Positions 51,401-61,502 of a DNA stretch of 64,000 nucleotides are shown here, one piece after another. The DNA is from Candidatus Cloacimonadales bacterium (lineage in GTDB: Bacteria; Cloacimonadota; Cloacimonadia; Cloacimonadales; JAFGVF01): assembly GCA_963667035.1 (NCBI GenBank), contig OY762964.1, positions 1,312,001 through 1,376,000 of the forward strand, written 5' to 3'. The notes beneath the pieces are model-generated. The model worked only from the letters and a program-made list of their open reading frames with translations. It did not search any database and had not been told where the DNA came from. The translations under genes were made by a program, and so were the position numbers. Within the stretch, counting starts at the first letter, position 1, and each line of letters starts with the position of its first letter.

Positions 51401-52856
51401 TAGTTGTAACAGATTCTTAGTAAATTTGAACAAACGTTATAATTGGGAGTTGTACAACATTGTTCATTTAGATGACTTGGATGATGGACATTCTACTTCT
51501 CGGAGTATATTTTTCTCAACAGGTTCAGTAGAAGCAGATAGTTGCAGTATTTCGGGAGTTGATTATGCGTTTGATTTCTATCACAATGCTTCTTCAACAG
51601 GTACTCATACAATTTCTAACACCTTAGTTGATAGCTGTACAGTAGGTATACTAACACAACAAGCATCCATTACATTAGATACTAATTCCTTCAGACATAA
51701 TGACACCAATATTGTTGCTTATAGTTCAACAATAAATGCCTCATACGGTTCTACCAGTGATCAAGGAAATAATATCTTTGAAGCATATTCTGAGAATATC
51801 TATATAGACTCAGAGATGCTTAACCTCAAGTATGGCTATAATGATTTCTATAATGAAACTAAAAATCATGTATTCATTCAGGTAGATACAACACGAACAT
51901 TTGATAGCTGCTATGATAATTATTGGGAAAAATGTAGCTATGATAATTGTACTGACAAAGGTATAAATCCCTATCCTGATTATGTAGATGGAATTGGAGA
52001 TCTTTTCGATCCATTCTGTAAAACTTCTAATAATGTTTCAAGAACAGTTGTATCAACTCGTTTTGATAGAGCAATTAGTATGATTAATAATGGTCAAATG
52101 CGAGTTGGTTGCGATTCTTTAGGGGTTATTATTACTGAGAACCTATCGACTGAGCAGGATGAATTGTTGTTAGCTCTTGATGCTTACTTCTATACTATGT
52201 TGGAGTTAAGCTACAATGACACAGACTATCTTGAGAATTTCATTGATGGTATTTTAAACACATCAGGTTTATCAAGTTTGTGGGAAAATGCTCTTCGTTA
52301 TAAGAAGAGATTGTATGTCAAAAATAATGAATTCACTGAAGCTTTAGATATTGTTGATGACTTCATTGAAGATGCAACAAGTGTAGAAGACTATTTACTT
52401 GCATGTATTGATGAACAAAATGTTTTGATGCTGATGGATGAAGAGGAAGCAAGAGGAGTTAAAAACAGTTTCTTGTTATGTAGATCCATGGAAGAATATA
52501 GAGTATCAATTGAAGAGAAGAAACAGGAACTTCTTGAAGCCAGAACTTCTATAAATGAAGATGAAGTTATGATACTGCCATATACTAATCTATATAGCAA
52601 CTACCCAAATCCATTTAATCCAACTACCACCATTTCTTTCTCAATTCCTCAGGCAGATAAAGTAAATCTTAGTATTTACAATATTAAGGGACAGAAAGTA
52701 AAGGAATTAGCATCTGATAATTTTGCTCAAGGTCGTCACAATTTAGTATGGGATGGCAAAGATAGTAATGGAAAGAACGCATCTAGTGGTGTGTATTTCT
52801 ATAAAATAAAAACCTCTCATGATAAGATTACGAAGAAGATGATGCTATTGAAGTAA
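48432..52856 (+). CDS. C25 (gingipain-like) cysteine peptidase with propeptide and FlgD/T9SS-type CTD
   Basis: APALP propeptide, FIEWKNLKG, SDLYFAD, IGRV, CHG (His) and SAAC (Cys), YFGDP, NYPNPFNP CTD. Confidence 0.82.
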   Translation: MKRLASLLMLLMSLTLVAVSHTISYSYPNLTITEDSLSYNVIEYSNLSQTDIRSAPALPVEYLNFIIPTGTDVGSITISNSTQELVADTINVTPSVGPIYMIGEYQPASPDSTIYSSNDLYPLNSVEVVNHMYIGANRIVKLAIYPLQVKPQSEKLYINKSINFTLNTVSSTQLYFTQSKCHASYHESLTEKLELLVENDSDIPLYMNIPPIIEEDPGAEDFEMVIIGAAEYEDDFEEFIEWKNLKGCKTKYKSTETIALQYSGYPWGEHPISDLPSKIRAYLKNMWQSNCLRFAIIVGGGSDPDHHPTGTHLPDNTLNVRYSTREQNSWDSVEQPDWDDFARVSSDLYFADFGGDYDFDGDDYFGEYYSSYYQSDINDVDRIDLGREIAIGRVLITPQGSISEEAKIVSWVHKTLIYEQNPGYGDNLYLDNTIIENGYYLSNEDGWTSHVFLENEIDPTTGFDMESVLGNLFIEVDGTTLKAAGRGDATAGTPTGANTIQAFNNDLGWGLINQYCHGWKIATTNYSGSRNVTSGIRDGYYLTALDAQNVAYFGGNESINGYDNIVKTGKYSIMLSAACLTAHHDGVKHGDDMYPPNPLNPWFDEPSMAESWTCGTVDGGGPVYIGNVIPGTMVESQRSLNRTLYNFYTTNNLKLSESLAASLENAPNEIISNELVYFGDPDLDMWVGVPNEMNISHDFSNNSVIVTDATTSSPIENASVVFTSATGDYYYTHTNSSGVASHTVAFQDVCVTKYNYLPYISSIAAVNETISSQRELRYDLIVPSGRTLTVSADLELDSSAGKNARIIVASGATLVLSSSASIVGHAETYTPNGTTGIQVTIPGNSIEVYGTFNIYGDVNSLETQVYTGGVVHHYSTGSINNAPVGVYITGGSFMPHGGDFVDCDLAIDWETGTFGSLFGNTDCNGMLITTTESFGGIKPTGIHLPYDPDCPMSYSNLNFSNLNACIVNSPYTELLSPQPETFTLSTVNVHSCNRFLVNLNKRYNWELYNIVHLDDLDDGHSTSRSIFFSTGSVEADSCSISGVDYAFDFYHNASSTGTHTISNTLVDSCTVGILTQQASITLDTNSFRHNDTNIVAYSSTINASYGSTSDQGNNIFEAYSENIYIDSEMLNLKYGYNDFYNETKNHVFIQVDTTRTFDSCYDNYWEKCSYDNCTDKGINPYPDYVDGIGDLFDPFCKTSNNVSRTVVSTRFDRAISMINNGQMRVGCDSLGVIITENLSTEQDELLLALDAYFYTMLELSYNDTDYLENFIDGILNTSGLSSLWENALRYKKRLYVKNNEFTEALDIVDDFIEDATSVEDYLLACIDEQNVLMLMDEEEARGVKNSFLLCRSMEEYRVSIEEKKQELLEARTSINEDEVMILPYTNLYSNYPNPFNPTTTISFSIPQADKVNLSIYNIKGQKVKELASDNFAQGRHNLVWDGKDSNGKNASSGVYFYKIKTSHDKITKKMMLLK

Positions 52857-52894
52857 TTCTATAGAACTTCAAATGCCTTATAAATAGGGCTTTT

Positions 52895-53560
52895 CAGACT
52901 GTTGATAAAGCTATGAAATCACACTCATAGCTTTGTCTTTTTTATTGCAAACAACCACATCATTCATTGACATATTTCTCCCTAGCTTATGCTTAAGAGA
53001 GCAAATGGAACACAATACAAAAAGGAGTTTGCAATAATTGATGATCCGGTTCCAGAGAATTACAATTTAAGGAAAATTGATGTGTAATAGATTGCTCTTT
53101 TATTTTAGTTAGAACGGTCTGCTTGTATTGTTCCAATAACGGCCGTTCTCCAATTTATACTATTACACTCTACAAAAATGCTATTTATTAACTTTCTTTT
53201 CGGAATTCGTTCCGAAAGACAATTGGTCAGAGAGATCGAGGTCAAAGTTGCTTATCGATGGTTCTTAGGCTTGGGATTAACTGATTAAGTTCCTTATCAC
53301 TCAATCTTCGAAGACGATTTAATGATAGCACAGTATTCGAAGAGATTTTTATAAATATAGTGAAGTTAGGCATTAAATACGGATTAATGATGGAAAGATA
53401 CTTTTCAGCAACTCAACCCAGCTAAAGGCAAATGTTAATAAAGGTAAACTCGATGATTTTGAAGTTGAAGTATCCTCAAAGAGATACACGAAAGATCTTA
53501 ACACAAGCATTGCTTAGGGTCGCAAGGCTCATGATAAGAAACCTTTCCCTCCTAAAGACA
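52895..53560 (+). mobile_element. IS1182-family remnant (frameshifted, truncated transposase)
   Basis: End CAGACTGTTGATAAAG; fragments VPENYNLRKID, LYCSNNGR, LFGIRSERQLVREIEVKVAYRWFLGLGLTD*VP, STQLKAN, RKAHDKKP with stops and frameshifts. Confidence 0.85.
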
Positions 53561-53695
53561 ACAATTTAAAATCACCCGTTGTACGGGTGGGCATGATTTA
53601 TAAATCCTCATTTTCAAAAACAGAAACAAAAAAATTCAGTTAATTATTAATTGACAATCATATCGCAAAGAGTATCATTTTGTTAGGGAGGATTT

Positions 53696-56600
53696 ATGAG
53701 ACTCTTTATAATTATTTTTTTTAGTACGGCAATAATGCTTCTGAGCGGATTAAGTTTCCGAAATCAGGAGATTGAAGTTATCAATGATGATGGATTATCA
53801 AGGATATCATTAACAGATGGTATTACCATATATGATTACGCAAAATCAGGAACTCCGGCGATTCCGCTTAAAACATATTATTTTAGCATCCCTAACGGAA
53901 AGACTCTTGATAACGTTATAGTAAAAGCTAACAACATTAAGGTTATTGAATTAGATTTTCCGTTAATGCAAGCTCCTTTGCCTACTATTTATTCAAACAA
54001 TGGCAGTCTACCAAGTGCACTAAAGTTTGAGGGTAATTATTCTACAGTACTGCTAAACAGCTCTACGAATCAAACCGGTCCATATAGATTCGGAGCTATT
54101 ACGGTCAGTTGTGCTGCTTATCAATCAGAAACAAATAGAATTCTAGTGCCTGCTGAGTTTGAAATAGAGTACACACTTAAAAATGGCAGATACATTAACA
54201 ATCCTTCCACAGTGAGTTCTGAGATTATTGCTAATGAACTTGGATTGAATAATTCCAGAGTTAATGATGAGGCAGTAGTACTTTATGTCGGAACAGACCA
54301 AATCATTAATGCTATGAATAGTTTGTTTGATTTCAGAAGAAAGCAAGGATACATCGTGAGGTATAAGCTTATTGAGGACATAATAAATACCTATTCAGGT
54401 ATTGATAATGCAGAAAAACTAAAGAATGCAATTATTGATGAATATCAAAATCATAATGTCTCATATATAACACTACTTGGTAATGCAGATTTGATACCTA
54501 TACGATATACGTGGGCTTTTGATTGCGAATATGGCTTAAGTGAAGATGAAAACAATATTCCGTCTGATATGTATTTTGCCTGTCTGGATAATAACTGGGA
54601 CTCTAATGGTAATGGTATTTACGGAGAAGACAGTGATGCACCGGATAGATATCCTGAAGTATTTGTTAGTAGGATAAGTCTATCAGGACCGGAACAAGTA
54701 AGTGACTATGCAAACAAACTCATTGACTATGAAAAAGGCGTAGAGTTTGGAGAAAGAGGTTATAATCATTCTTTCGGTATAAGTACTAATCTCTGGGAAT
54801 ACTCCAACAGTGTTCTCGCTCAGGAGTATATTGAATCCCATTATTTCCCTGAATATTATAGTAATAACATTTACAATGAAGAAGATAACACTCTATATAA
54901 CTTCAATAACGAGATTATGTTAAAACCGAATATAATACAGCATACAGGTCATGCTTTCCATCATATAATGGCATTAAATGGCGAATATCTTTCACTTGAG
55001 TATGCTGAGTCTTTGAATCATGAAGCAACAACTGGCATTATGTATTCGATCGGATGTTGGGCGGGTGCCTTAGACTACGAATCAATAGCTGAAGCATTCA
55101 GTTTGAATGCACCAGTATTAGGCTTTATCTGTAATTCTCGTTATGGATGGGGAGCTCCGTCTGCAGATGGTTTTGGGTTCTCAGAATACTTCCAGAAAGA
55201 GTTTTTTAAACTATTGTTTTCAAATCGAACTTTAAATCTTGCTGAATTAAATTCGCTTCAAAAACTACCATTTATACCATATATGAATGGAGACTCCGTT
55301 TACAAATGGGTAGCATATGAAATGAACTCATTAGGGGATTCTATGTTTATGCCCTATAGAAACAACCCACTTCCCATGCAATTGGATTTTGTTAATGAGA
55401 ACTCAGATATGTATATAACTACCAGACATAACAACCGGGGTGTTGGAAGTGTTTTAATAACTGATGTTTCAGGAAATCAATATTATACTAATGATGCAGG
55501 AACAGTGCTTTTAGGAAGTGAAGCAATACCTCCCTTTACAGCATATAAATATGGCTATGAGTTTGCTGAATCTTCTCCTCAGAGTTTTGATGAAGGTCTT
55601 AGCATTATTCATACAATAATAGAACCGCAAGATAATAACACCATCTGTGTACAGAATTCAAACTACTCTATTGATTTCACAATGCACTCTGAATTGAGTT
55701 ATCCGCAATCTTATTATGTAGAATATGTACCGGATAATCCAGAATTCTTCGGAATGACCGAGCAGTTCGTTAGCGGAACTATTAATCCTGGTGAGACAGT
55801 GAACATTGATGGATATGGTTTCATCATTGAACCAACTGATGAAGTAGCTCAGCTAGCTAACGGAGTAGAGTTAGGAATGACAATTAATGTCTACGATATA
55901 CAAGATAATGTTACGCCTTTAACCTCAACCAAAGTTAACCTGCCAATTCATGCTCCTGTGATAGATATTGATGAGATTCATTCTTCTACCATCCCCATCC
56001 CTTATGAAGAGGAACAATCATTGTCCATTACACTTTCAAACATAGGAGATTTTGAAATTGAAGCACCACTAACTGTTACATTATCGTCTGATTTAATGGA
56101 AAACAATGCAGTTATTGATATACAATCATCACTAACTGTAAACGATGATTACTCACTTGAGATTCCCTATAGCATCTCGGAACATAATAGTCAAAATGTA
56201 GAGTTTGTGATTACATTACAGTATACATTTAACAACCAAATAATGTTTAAGAAATACAGCTGTGTATATCCCACTGAGTCATCATCAAATGATTCTCCCT
56301 TATGGGAAACAGACTTTGAAGATCCTTTCAATAACATACTGCCTTTCCCATGGCAAAGAGAGTTTAAGGATGATTCTTATGTTTTAACATGCAGACCTTC
56401 AAACTCAGGAAACTACAGATATGAGTTACCTGAAATGCTATGGAACAGAGGACTGGTTTTCAACTTTGATTACATGTATAGAATGCCTATGTATGGAGAA
56501 GATGGTGTATCCGTTATTGTCAGTAATGAAGAAACTGAAGAGGAAATACTCTTTGTGGGTTCAGGAGGAGCATTGTCACGCGATAATGGAATGATATACT

Positions 56601-57082
56601 CCGATTGGGCTGAATACAATTTACAATTGAATGAACTAATTTCATTTAGTATAGAGGATAATACTCCCTTTCATTTAAGTTTCGAGTTCATTGCTTCTGA
56701 CTCGAACGAGACTTATGATTACGTAAACAACCAAGAGCTTGGTGTGTTTATTGATAATCTATTCTTTACATCGCAACCAATTGTTAACATTGACGATAAC
56801 GTTCTGGAAACTAGAGTTCTACAAGTGAAAGTATTCCCTAATCCAACAAAAGACATTATCAGTTTTAAGTTAAGTGACACAATTGGAGATGAGCTCTTCA
56901 TTGAGTTGTTTAACATTAAAGGTCAAAGAATGTTAAAAAAGAAACTGGACAAAGAAACTGCAAATACTGAATTCAGTATTAATCTGGAAGAACTGTCTCA
57001 GACCTCTGTCTCCGGTATATATTTTTACCGATTATCAGATGGTCATAATGAAAAAGCAGGTAAGTTTCTTAAACTGAAATAG
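53696..57082 (+). CDS. C25 (gingipain-like) cysteine peptidase with Ig-like domains and T9SS-type CTD
   Basis: GTPAIP propeptide, PSDMYFACLD.NWD.NGNG.YGE, HTGHA and SIGC catalytic motifs, VFPNP...SGIYFY. Confidence 0.85.
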   Translation: MRLFIIIFFSTAIMLLSGLSFRNQEIEVINDDGLSRISLTDGITIYDYAKSGTPAIPLKTYYFSIPNGKTLDNVIVKANNIKVIELDFPLMQAPLPTIYSNNGSLPSALKFEGNYSTVLLNSSTNQTGPYRFGAITVSCAAYQSETNRILVPAEFEIEYTLKNGRYINNPSTVSSEIIANELGLNNSRVNDEAVVLYVGTDQIINAMNSLFDFRRKQGYIVRYKLIEDIINTYSGIDNAEKLKNAIIDEYQNHNVSYITLLGNADLIPIRYTWAFDCEYGLSEDENNIPSDMYFACLDNNWDSNGNGIYGEDSDAPDRYPEVFVSRISLSGPEQVSDYANKLIDYEKGVEFGERGYNHSFGISTNLWEYSNSVLAQEYIESHYFPEYYSNNIYNEEDNTLYNFNNEIMLKPNIIQHTGHAFHHIMALNGEYLSLEYAESLNHEATTGIMYSIGCWAGALDYESIAEAFSLNAPVLGFICNSRYGWGAPSADGFGFSEYFQKEFFKLLFSNRTLNLAELNSLQKLPFIPYMNGDSVYKWVAYEMNSLGDSMFMPYRNNPLPMQLDFVNENSDMYITTRHNNRGVGSVLITDVSGNQYYTNDAGTVLLGSEAIPPFTAYKYGYEFAESSPQSFDEGLSIIHTIIEPQDNNTICVQNSNYSIDFTMHSELSYPQSYYVEYVPDNPEFFGMTEQFVSGTINPGETVNIDGYGFIIEPTDEVAQLANGVELGMTINVYDIQDNVTPLTSTKVNLPIHAPVIDIDEIHSSTIPIPYEEEQSLSITLSNIGDFEIEAPLTVTLSSDLMENNAVIDIQSSLTVNDDYSLEIPYSISEHNSQNVEFVITLQYTFNNQIMFKKYSCVYPTESSSNDSPLWETDFEDPFNNILPFPWQREFKDDSYVLTCRPSNSGNYRYELPEMLWNRGLVFNFDYMYRMPMYGEDGVSVIVSNEETEEEILFVGSGGALSRDNGMIYSDWAEYNLQLNELISFSIEDNTPFHLSFEFIASDSNETYDYVNNQELGVFIDNLFFTSQPIVNIDDNVLETRVLQVKVFPNPTKDIISFKLSDTIGDELFIELFNIKGQRMLKKKLDKETANTEFSINLEELSQTSVSGIYFYRLSDGHNEKAGKFLKLK

Positions 57083-57211
57083 TGCTAATACTAATTGATT
57101 ATGCCCTATTTCTCAGTTTTGGGTTCATGATAATAGATAGGAACACTTCTTGCATAGGTATAATTATATATAAATATAAATAATGCGATTAAAAACTATA
57201 AGGAGGATATA

Positions 57212-60200
57212 GTGAAAACTAAATTAAGCTTAGTTATACTATTATTCATATCGCTTGGCCTTTTATTTGCACAAGTTGATCAAGGATGGACAGCAGATAT
57301 TCCGGTCAGACAAGGTGTCAATATTGAGTGGTTCAGATCAGCCACATCAACAGATGACGGTGCATTATATGTATGGTCGGATACAGAAGCTGGTGGTAGA
57401 GATTTAAGATGCCAATTTGTTTCTTCAGACCCTAATGCTCCAATTGGAGACCCAATTCTTATTGATAGCAAACCTAACAGACAGGAAGATCCGGTTGTTG
57501 TTGAATCAACAGACGGAAATTTCATTATTGCTTGGGTTGATTTCTCAGCAGATCATGACGGTGACGTTTATGCTCAAAAAATTGATCCAGACGGTAACCT
57601 TTTATGGCAAGTTGGTGGTGTGCCTTTATGTACAAATGAAGAGAATCAGATTTCTTTAAACTTAGTACCTGATAATAGTGGTGGAGCTTTCTGTTTATGG
57701 GTTGATAGCAGAAATTTCAATAAAGACTTATATGCACAACATGTTCTTAGCGATGGTAGTTTAGCTGCCAACTGGGATGCTGACGGTATTCCTATTGCAA
57801 ATACTGCTAATAACGAAACATCAAACTCAATGTGGGAAGATGGTCTTGGTGGTTTCGTTATTGCTTATAATGTTACAAATCCTGCTCCTACAAGCGAAGA
57901 CATTTATATGAAGAGAATACTTGGTGATGGAACTTCAGCTTGGGGCGAGCCTATAGCTTTATGTGTTGAAAACGGTGATCAAACCGGAATCAAAGTTCGA
58001 CCTATGGGCGATGATTCCATGTTGATTTTCTGGTCAGACAAAAGAAACGTTGACTCTGACCTATATGCTCAAAGAGTTATGTTTGATGGATCATTAGCGT
58101 GGACTAACGAATTACTTGTTTATGGTGATGCAACTTCTGAGACTTTTGCTCAGCAGTATAACCCAAGAGGTACAGCTACTTCTGATGGTGCCGTCATTAT
58201 AGTATGGGAAGACCTCAGAAATGACCCACAGTATCCGGATCTTTTTGCACAGAAGATTAATGCTAGCGGTAACCTGCTTTGGAATGCTGACGGTGTTGCA
58301 GTATCTGTAGAAGCTTATGCTCAGCAAGATCCACGTATTACAGCAGATAATAATGGAGGTGCTATAATCGTATGGGATGACACACGAGACGGCAATGCTC
58401 CTAACTTTGATGTTTACGCTCAGAGATTAGATTCAAATGGTTCTACTTTACTTGCAGATAATGGAATGATTATTTGTGATGAAGTTGGTGAACAAAACGG
58501 TTCTATAGTTAAATTCTCTAATGGGAATGCATATGTCAACTGGCTTGATGCTCGTAATGGCTCTCATGGTATCTATTATCAAGTTATTGATAGTAATAAC
58601 CAGTTAACAATGGAAGAGAACGGTAAAAAAGTGTACTGGGGTCTTTCAGGTGATGCTTTAAAAGACCAATTCCTTATTGTTGAAAGAGAAAATGATATCG
58701 TTGCTATCTGGGCTGACACAAGATATGCAAGTTTTGGATATCAGATATTCTATCAAATCATAAACAGCGATGGTATTCTTGCAACAGATGTAGAAGACCT
58801 TAACGGATTCTCATTGACAGAGCTAACTTATGGGGAGCAATCACAACCAAATGCTACTGTAACTCCTGAAGGACAGGTTTGTGTTGTTTGGGAAGAGCAG
58901 AGAACCGCTTATCCCAAAGTTTATGCTCAATTGATTGATGTTGACGGTAGCAGACTTTGGGGAGATACTGGTATTGAACTTACTGAAAGAACTCCTCTTA
59001 GCCAATCTAACCCTAAAGTAGATTATTATAACGGTGCTTTCTATTTTGCATGGTCAGACCTTGATCCAACTTCTCAGATTAACAGAGTATATTCTCAGAA
59101 AGTTGTTGATGGTGCTGTCCAATGGGGAACTGATGGTCTTGTAGTTTCTGAAACTCCGGAAGGAGAAAGTGCGAGAGAATGCCAACTTGTAGAGATGAAA
59201 GGTCTTTATTTTGTCTGGACCAAAACGCTCCTAACATGGAATCTTAGCTTAAACGTTAAAAAAATGAATGAAGATGGTACAGTTGCTACCGGTTTCGACG
59301 AAGACGGTATAACTATCTCTACATTTGATGTATCTCAGTCATATACTATTAATCAAACAGCTCCTACTGCTAAACTAGTTGATGACGATTTGTTAGTTTT
59401 CTGGCAAGATCAAAGAAACAATAATTTATCATTCTATTATGGAATGATGATTTCTCCTACAGGTCAATACTTGTGGAATGATGAGGGAGTTATAGTTGGA
59501 GATAATACTTCCGATTCATCTCGTTCACAAGAACAATTCCAATTCCTTGTAACTCCAGGAGATGATATTATTACTGCTTGGACAGAAAACACTGTAGGTG
59601 TTGGTGATATATATATGCAAAAACTTGACTTTTCCGGGAATTTGCAATGGGCTTCAACCGGTATAGCATCAATCGTAAAAGATTCGACTCAAACTTCAGC
59701 AAGCCTTACAATGCTAAACGATAGCTATTACGGTTTAGTCTGGGAAGATAATGTTACTTTCGAATCCGATATATTCTTTAATATTTATAATCTTGATGGA
59801 ACATCTGCATTTAACAATCCTGATGGAGTAATGGTTTCTGATGCTATTAAACGTCAATATACTCCAAAAATTGGTTCAATTGATTCACAGAATTCAATAG
59901 TTATCTGGACTGACGGACGTTCATCAGGTAAAACTGAAATTGTTGGTTTGTATGCTCAAAAAATGAATTATACAGACGTATCTACTCATGAAAATACAAA
60001 TCCTACAGTTAATCAGTTAAGAGTTGCTCAAAACTACCCTAATCCATTTAATCCAACTACTAATATTTCTTTCAATATTCCTAAGGAACAGAAAGTTGAA
60101 GTAATAGTTTATAATGTATTAGGTCAAAAAGTAAAAACTCTTGCTAATGAAAGATTTGCTCAAGGAAGAAATACGATTACTTGGAATGGTGATGATGACA

Positions 60201-60289
60201 ACAATAACACTGTTGCATCAGGTATCTATTTCTACAGAGTAAAAACCAAGAGTAACTCAGTTACAAAGAAAATGATAATGATGAAATAA
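57212..60289 (+). CDS. Secreted repeat (likely beta-propeller) protein with FlgD/T9SS-type CTD
   Basis: GTG start after AGGAGG; many W.D.R...D.YAQ....G...W...G repeats; NYPNPFNP CTD. Confidence 0.82.
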   Translation: MKTKLSLVILLFISLGLLFAQVDQGWTADIPVRQGVNIEWFRSATSTDDGALYVWSDTEAGGRDLRCQFVSSDPNAPIGDPILIDSKPNRQEDPVVVESTDGNFIIAWVDFSADHDGDVYAQKIDPDGNLLWQVGGVPLCTNEENQISLNLVPDNSGGAFCLWVDSRNFNKDLYAQHVLSDGSLAANWDADGIPIANTANNETSNSMWEDGLGGFVIAYNVTNPAPTSEDIYMKRILGDGTSAWGEPIALCVENGDQTGIKVRPMGDDSMLIFWSDKRNVDSDLYAQRVMFDGSLAWTNELLVYGDATSETFAQQYNPRGTATSDGAVIIVWEDLRNDPQYPDLFAQKINASGNLLWNADGVAVSVEAYAQQDPRITADNNGGAIIVWDDTRDGNAPNFDVYAQRLDSNGSTLLADNGMIICDEVGEQNGSIVKFSNGNAYVNWLDARNGSHGIYYQVIDSNNQLTMEENGKKVYWGLSGDALKDQFLIVERENDIVAIWADTRYASFGYQIFYQIINSDGILATDVEDLNGFSLTELTYGEQSQPNATVTPEGQVCVVWEEQRTAYPKVYAQLIDVDGSRLWGDTGIELTERTPLSQSNPKVDYYNGAFYFAWSDLDPTSQINRVYSQKVVDGAVQWGTDGLVVSETPEGESARECQLVEMKGLYFVWTKTLLTWNLSLNVKKMNEDGTVATGFDEDGITISTFDVSQSYTINQTAPTAKLVDDDLLVFWQDQRNNNLSFYYGMMISPTGQYLWNDEGVIVGDNTSDSSRSQEQFQFLVTPGDDIITAWTENTVGVGDIYMQKLDFSGNLQWASTGIASIVKDSTQTSASLTMLNDSYYGLVWEDNVTFESDIFFNIYNLDGTSAFNNPDGVMVSDAIKRQYTPKIGSIDSQNSIVIWTDGRSSGKTEIVGLYAQKMNYTDVSTHENTNPTVNQLRVAQNYPNPFNPTTNISFNIPKEQKVEVIVYNVLGQKVKTLANERFAQGRNTITWNGDDDNNNTVASGIYFYRVKTKSNSVTKKMIMMK

Positions 60290-60308
60290 TTCATTATTTA
60301 TAGATTTT

Positions 60309-60340
60309 GAGGGGAAATGCTTGCATTTCCCCTCTTATTA
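60309..60340 (+). terminator. Terminator hairpin
   Basis: GAGGGGAAATGC/GCATTTCCCCTC. Confidence 0.75.
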
Positions 60341-60411
60341 TTCTTTTACTTAATTCCTTTTTTCTTGCCAGTTATTAGTGAGCATTAAGTCTGCATTTAA
60401 AGGAGAGTTTA

Positions 60412-61398
60412 ATGAAACAAAAATACTTTTTAGCTATTATAACACTATTAATTATGCTCGGATGTTCAACTCCACAGTTCTCCGATTTAATGAAAGTGGA
60501 TGCTTATACACATGAGATAAAACTTCCTCCACCATTCTCGAGTCAATTTATGGAATATTCAACAATGTGTTCATACGGTGACAATGTATTGATCATACCT
60601 CAATACCCCAATTTACTAGGAGATGATAATGTTCCCGGAAGAGGTTTACTTATTAGTAAAATTTTGATAAACAAATACGTTAATGACAAAGCAGAAGTAC
60701 CTATTAATGTTGAGATCTTAGATTTCATGAAGATAGACTTCCTAACCGGTATTGCTAACTATGAAGGTTTTGAAGCAGTTGCCACAGATGGAATCAACTT
60801 CTACTTTGCAATTGAAACAGGTGGGGAAAAACCATATACTTATGCTGTTAAAGCTGTGCTAAATAGAGATCATAAGCAACTGATTTTTGATGAATCATCC
60901 CTGACAAAGCTTAATCCACCGGTCACAATAGACAACGCGTCATATGAATCCCTTTTACTATATGGTAACCGTCTCTATTTCGGATATGAAGGTAATGGTG
61001 TTAATATTAATAGCGAACCATACGTTCTATCAACTGACCTCAATTTTAACAATCAGAAGCGAGTTAATATACAGAATCTTGAATATAGATTAACCGATTT
61101 TACATCAGCTAAAAACAACAATGAGATTTATGCAATAAACTATCATTGGATAAACGATACGGAGAAATATAATCCCGGATTAGATCAAATAACCGGTATT
61201 GATTTGAGTCAAATAGGTGTCGAAAGGTTCGTCCCAATGAAAATCACATCAAAGGGCTTTATACCTGATATCAAACGTCATGTACTTGATCTACAATACA
61301 AAGGGAGAAATTGGGAAGGGGTTGAATACTTAGGTGATGGTTTGTTGATAGTCACCGATAAGTATCCTACATCGATATTAATGTATGTTTATGAATAA
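60412..61398 (+). CDS. Hypothetical lipoprotein (probable beta-propeller)
   Basis: Lipobox MLGC, EGFEAV, RNWEGV, VTDKYP. Confidence 0.7.
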   Translation: MKQKYFLAIITLLIMLGCSTPQFSDLMKVDAYTHEIKLPPPFSSQFMEYSTMCSYGDNVLIIPQYPNLLGDDNVPGRGLLISKILINKYVNDKAEVPINVEILDFMKIDFLTGIANYEGFEAVATDGINFYFAIETGGEKPYTYAVKAVLNRDHKQLIFDESSLTKLNPPVTIDNASYESLLLYGNRLYFGYEGNGVNINSEPYVLSTDLNFNNQKRVNIQNLEYRLTDFTSAKNNNEIYAINYHWINDTEKYNPGLDQITGIDLSQIGVERFVPMKITSKGFIPDIKRHVLDLQYKGRNWEGVEYLGDGLLIVTDKYPTSILMYVYE

Positions 61399-61502
61399 AA
61401 TACTAAAACTTGAGTCATTTAATAGTGGTAAATAATTATTTTCTGGACAAATAAGCAGTCCAAAAAACTATGGGTGGCAAAACGAATACATGGGAGTATT
61501 TA

